DNA of 64,000 bases from a virus (Duplodnaviria > Caudoviricetes): positions 38,204 through 102,203 of IMG/VR virus record IMGVR_UViG_3300005611_000008; one strand, written 5' to 3'. The notes under the pieces were generated by a model. It searched no databases. It worked only from the letters and a program-made list of their open reading frames with translations, and had not been told where the DNA came from. Shown one piece after another: positions 60,526-64,000 of this stretch. Both the position numbers and the translations under genes were made by a program. The stretch's first letter is position 1; each line of letters begins with the position of its first letter.

Positions 60526-62733
60526 ATGAACAAAGACATTCTCGCTAAACTCCTTGCCACTGAGAACATCACAGTGGTTCATGAGAACGCACCAACAGCA
60601 TCTTTCAATGTGAAAGATCGAGTGCTGACTCTGCCATTGTGGGATGATCTCACTGGCGACAACTACGATCACTTCATCGGTCACGAGGTTGGACACGCAC
60701 TCTACACTCCAGAAGACGGTTGGCACGATGCTGTGTGTGACCGTGGTCGTGCGTACAAGTCTTTCCTTAATGTGATCGAAGATGCTCGCATCGAGCGTAT
60801 GATTCAGAACAAGTACCCCGGTCTGCGTCGAAACTTCATCAAGAGTTATCGCAAACTGTTTGCTGATGGTTTCTTTGGTGCGAACCTTGACGAGATCAAT
60901 GAGTTTGATTTGATTGATCGAATAAATACTTACTTCAAGTTGGGTGAAACTTGTGGTGTTCGCATCGAGAAAGACGAGATGCAGTGGATCAATGAGATTC
61001 GCGAGTGTACGACTTGGGAACAAGTGGTAGACATTGCTGATCGTCTCTTTGCTCAAGAGAAAGCAAAGAAAGAAGAAGAGCGCGAGCAACAAGAGCAAGA
61101 ACAACAGCAAATGCGCGATGAAGGTCAAGATCAAACCGAAGAGGTTGAGACTGATGGATTCGGTCAAAACGATTGGGAGATGGATAACGATGGTGATGAG
61201 GAGCAGGAAGGCAACGAGTCGCAAAGCACAGACACTGGCGAAGATGCCGATGAAGAAGAGGATGGGACTGATCCTTCTGATGAAGACGGTGAAGGCGAGG
61301 AAGAAGATGATGGAGAATCTTCAGAACTGACTGATGGTGAGTTAGACAACTACTCTGATGAACCAATCTCTAAGACTGAAGAAGCACTACACTCTAACAT
61401 TCGCAAAGAGTTTGGTAACGATGAGAACACCAAGGCATACAATCTGCGTTTGAACATGAACAAGGTTGATGATCTGATCATCGGTTACAAGAAGGTAATG
61501 ACATTCGGTGACAATCCAAGCGGATACGGTGAGACTAAACCACACCTCGCAAACTACGGTGAGAAGTTGTGGAGCGAGTTTCAGCGCGACAACAAGAAGA
61601 CTGTGAACTACATGGTCAAAGAGTTTGAGATGAAAAAGAAGGCATCTGAGTATGCTCGCACGACTCTCGCAAAGACTGGTGTGATCTGTCCAGTGAAGAT
61701 GAACAACTACAAGTTCTCTGACGACATCTTCCGCAAGATGTCTGTGACTCCAGAAGGTAAGAACCACGGCATGGTGCTTTACCTCGATTGGTCTGGTTCA
61801 ATGCACAAGCACATGAAACCTACGATTGATCAGTTGTTGAACCTCGTGATGTTCTGTCGTCAAGTCAACATCCCATACCGTGTGTATGCGTTCTCTGATC
61901 GGTTTAGTACCTCTGCTGATGCAACTCCTAATCGAGAAGTCAACGATGTTGAAGTCAATACACTCCAGTACAAGTGTGGATTCAAGTTGATGGAGTTCTT
62001 CAACAATCGGATGAGTCGTGGTGAGTTCACCAAGATGGCACAGATGCTTTTGGCAATCGGTCAGAACTACAGCAAGGATGTGTCATACTACTTGCCTTGG
62101 GAGTTCTACTTAGGCGGTACGCCACTTGATGATGCAATCATGGCAGGTATCCAGATTCACAAAGAGTTCAAGAAGACAAACCGTCTCGACATCGTGAACA
62201 CTGTATTCTTGACAGATGGTGACTCACACCCGATTGAAGCAAAGATTGTTTCATTCAGTGGAAGCATTCGCAGTAATGTCGCAATCTGGCATCTTGGTGT
62301 AAAGTACAACATCGTCAAGTTCATTGACCCAGTGACTAAGAAGCAGTACCGTCTGCAAGAGCGCAACGGTTACACTAAGGCATTGCTTGAGATGTTCCGC
62401 GATCACACTGGATCAAACGCGATTGGATACCGCATCCTTCCACAGAACAAGCGTTCGTTGATGTCTGATCTGCGTAGTGCAGGATTGTCCTTTGAGCAAG
62501 TATCTAAACTAAACGAAGATCTCAAGAAGAACAAGTTCACCACGATTCCAAACTGTGGGTATGACAAGTTCTTTGCGCTCCAAGGCGGTAAGAACCTTGA
62601 GACTTCAAATGGCGCGATTGAGGTTGCGGATGATGCCAAGGTTGGCGCGATTCGCCAAGCATTCAAGAAAGCAAATGCAGGTCGCAAGACTTCACGAGTG
62701 TTATTGTCATCATTTATCGAAATGGTGGCATAG
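60526..62733 (+). CDS. CobT-like protein: HExxH N-domain, acidic linker, VWA domain
   Basis: HEVGH, NVIEDARIE, D/E-rich linker, LDWSGSM (MIDAS), GGTPL, LTDG. Confidence 0.85.
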   Translation: MNKDILAKLLATENITVVHENAPTASFNVKDRVLTLPLWDDLTGDNYDHFIGHEVGHALYTPEDGWHDAVCDRGRAYKSFLNVIEDARIERMIQNKYPGLRRNFIKSYRKLFADGFFGANLDEINEFDLIDRINTYFKLGETCGVRIEKDEMQWINEIRECTTWEQVVDIADRLFAQEKAKKEEEREQQEQEQQQMRDEGQDQTEEVETDGFGQNDWEMDNDGDEEQEGNESQSTDTGEDADEEEDGTDPSDEDGEGEEEDDGESSELTDGELDNYSDEPISKTEEALHSNIRKEFGNDENTKAYNLRLNMNKVDDLIIGYKKVMTFGDNPSGYGETKPHLANYGEKLWSEFQRDNKKTVNYMVKEFEMKKKASEYARTTLAKTGVICPVKMNNYKFSDDIFRKMSVTPEGKNHGMVLYLDWSGSMHKHMKPTIDQLLNLVMFCRQVNIPYRVYAFSDRFSTSADATPNREVNDVEVNTLQYKCGFKLMEFFNNRMSRGEFTKMAQMLLAIGQNYSKDVSYYLPWEFYLGGTPLDDAIMAGIQIHKEFKKTNRLDIVNTVFLTDGDSHPIEAKIVSFSGSIRSNVAIWHLGVKYNIVKFIDPVTKKQYRLQERNGYTKALLEMFRDHTGSNAIGYRILPQNKRSLMSDLRSAGLSFEQVSKLNEDLKKNKFTTIPNCGYDKFFALQGGKNLETSNGAIEVADDAKVGAIRQAFKKANAGRKTSRVLLSSFIEMVA

Positions 62734-62753
62734 ATAGAAAAATACCATTGTAC

Positions 62754-62781
62754 AGGTAGTGTCGAATATGAGACACTACCT
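62754..62781. promoter_or_regulatory. Perfect inverted repeat between cobT-like and cobS-like genes
   Basis: AGGTAGTGTC-8 nt-GACACTACCT; no clear U-tract. Confidence 0.5.
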
Positions 62782-62807
62782 ATGTTGATTGAGAGAGGAA
62801 ATATATT

Positions 62808-63935
62808 ATGAATTTGAATCGTCCACAAACTGCCTTGATCGAGGCAATCAATGAGAAGTTCGGTACTACGGCAACCAAGGCACAGATCGTTGATCTCTGC
62901 GAAGAGAAAGGTTTCCGCAAACCATCCTTCATTTTCAATAACAAAGACATGCGCGTTGGGCGCGGTCTTTACGAAGTTCCGATGCTTCTGAAGTTTGCTC
63001 CTCGTGTTGAGGAAGCACCAGTCGCAAATACTTCTGCGACTCTGACTGCTGAGTTCGATGGGTTCAAAGAGAACCTCGTACCTGAGAATGATCCTCTGTT
63101 CGTTCCATTCGGCAACTACAAGACTGTTGAGAAGATCATCAAGTCTGGCATGTTCTATCCAGTGTATGTGACTGGTCTGAGTGGTAACGGTAAGACTTTC
63201 TCTGTTGAGCAAGCATGTGCCAAGACTCGTCGCGAAGTGATCCGTGTGAACTTCACACTTGAGACTGACGAAGATGACTTGATCGGTGGTTTCCGACTCG
63301 TCAATGGTGAGACCAAGTTCTTCAAAGGTCCGGTGATTGCCGCAATGGAGAAGGGTGCAGTCCTACTCCTCGACGAGATTGATCTTGCAAACCCTGCGAA
63401 GATTATGTGTCTTCAGTCAATCCTTGAAGGTAAGGGATACTTCATCAAGAAGACTGGTGAGTTCATTAAACCTGCTGACGGTTTCACAGTTGTCGCAACT
63501 GGTAACACCAAGGGTAAGGGTTCAGAAGATGGACGATTCATCGGCACTAACGTGATGAACGAGGCATTCCTTGAGCGTTTCCCAATCACTTGTGAGCAAG
63601 ACTATCCAACACCTGCAATCGAGAAGAAGATTCTCGGCAAAGTGTTTGCTGACCTTGATGTCACCGACACTGAGTATTGTGAGAAGTTGGTCGATTGGGC
63701 AGACATCATTCGTAAGACTTTCTACGATGGTGGGGTTGATGAGGTGATCTCAACTCGTCGTCTGGTTCACATTGCCAAGGCATACAGCATCTTTGAAGAT
63801 CGTATGACTGCCATTGACATGTGTATCAATCGTTTCGATGACGACACCAAGCAATCGTTCCGCGAACTCTACGCGAAGATCGATGCAGGTGTTATGACGA
63901 GCGATGAAGAAGTTACTGATCCAGTTCCTTTCTAA
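62808..63935 (+). CDS. cobS: CobS-like MoxR-type AAA+ ATPase
   Basis: GLSGNGKT, LLLDEID, TGNTKG.G, NEAFLERF, ISTRRL. Confidence 0.88.
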   Translation: MNLNRPQTALIEAINEKFGTTATKAQIVDLCEEKGFRKPSFIFNNKDMRVGRGLYEVPMLLKFAPRVEEAPVANTSATLTAEFDGFKENLVPENDPLFVPFGNYKTVEKIIKSGMFYPVYVTGLSGNGKTFSVEQACAKTRREVIRVNFTLETDEDDLIGGFRLVNGETKFFKGPVIAAMEKGAVLLLDEIDLANPAKIMCLQSILEGKGYFIKKTGEFIKPADGFTVVATGNTKGKGSEDGRFIGTNVMNEAFLERFPITCEQDYPTPAIEKKILGKVFADLDVTDTEYCEKLVDWADIIRKTFYDGGVDEVISTRRLVHIAKAYSIFEDRMTAIDMCINRFDDDTKQSFRELYAKIDAGVMTSDEEVTDPVPF

Positions 63936-63944
63936 GGAGATGTT

Positions 63945-64000
63945 ATGAAAAGTAGAAATGAAACACCAAGGAAACGAGGAATGGGGGGAATCGGTTGGAG
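63945..64000 (+). CDS. Start of a truncated ORF
   Basis: AAGGAG SD then ATG; open to the window end. Confidence 0.4.
   Translation, partial: MKSRNETPRKRGMGGIGW

Noticed and set aside
60493-63212. Minus-strand ORFs of 243 and 269 aa, one hydrophobic
   Set aside because: Antisense to cobT/cobS-like genes; the hydrophobicity mirrors the GAA-rich acidic linker
60526-63935. Cobalamin biosynthesis function for cobT/cobS-like genes
   Set aside because: No cobN or other cob genes; a MoxR-VWA chaperone pair common in T4-like phages is the simpler reading

Overview
A 64-kb segment of a T4-like myovirus, probably aquatic; the host cannot be determined from the sequence. Layout: (1) baseplate and tail structural genes (gp8 C-terminus, a 1883-aa VrlC/DUF4815-type protein, a fibre), 1-10.8 kb. 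(2) A 12-gene enzyme island in mixed orientation, 10.8-19.4 kb: 2 glycosyltransferases, 3 Asp/Asn-hydroxylase-like 2OG-Fe(II) enzymes, 2 radical SAM enzymes, a QueC-like protein, a methyltransferase, and kinase-like, GNAT-like and unknown proteins. (3) A chain of fibre/adaptor genes ending in a 1776-aa long fibre with an Mtd_N-like N-terminus and an S74 chaperone, 19.4-27.8 kb. (4) Six paralogous genes, each a predicted six-bladed Kelch-like beta-propeller with a near-invariant scaffold and two hypervariable loops per blade, split 2+4 around a cassette of 2OG-Fe(II) oxygenases and a methyltransferase, 27.8-38.3 kb. (5) The canonical T4 core: gp13-gp23, gp3, uvsY, uvsW, gp55, gp47, gp46. (6) Peptide deformylase, a kinase/nucleotidyltransferase fusion, a DNA methyltransferase and CobT/CobS-like genes. 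T4 late promoters (TATAAATA/nCTAAATA) and sigma70 promoters are readable. The best candidate for a new system is the shuffled 36-blade propeller repertoire (putative receptor-binding tips) plus late-expressed modifying enzymes that may decorate virion proteins. All family assignments come from motif recognition by eye; no searches were run.
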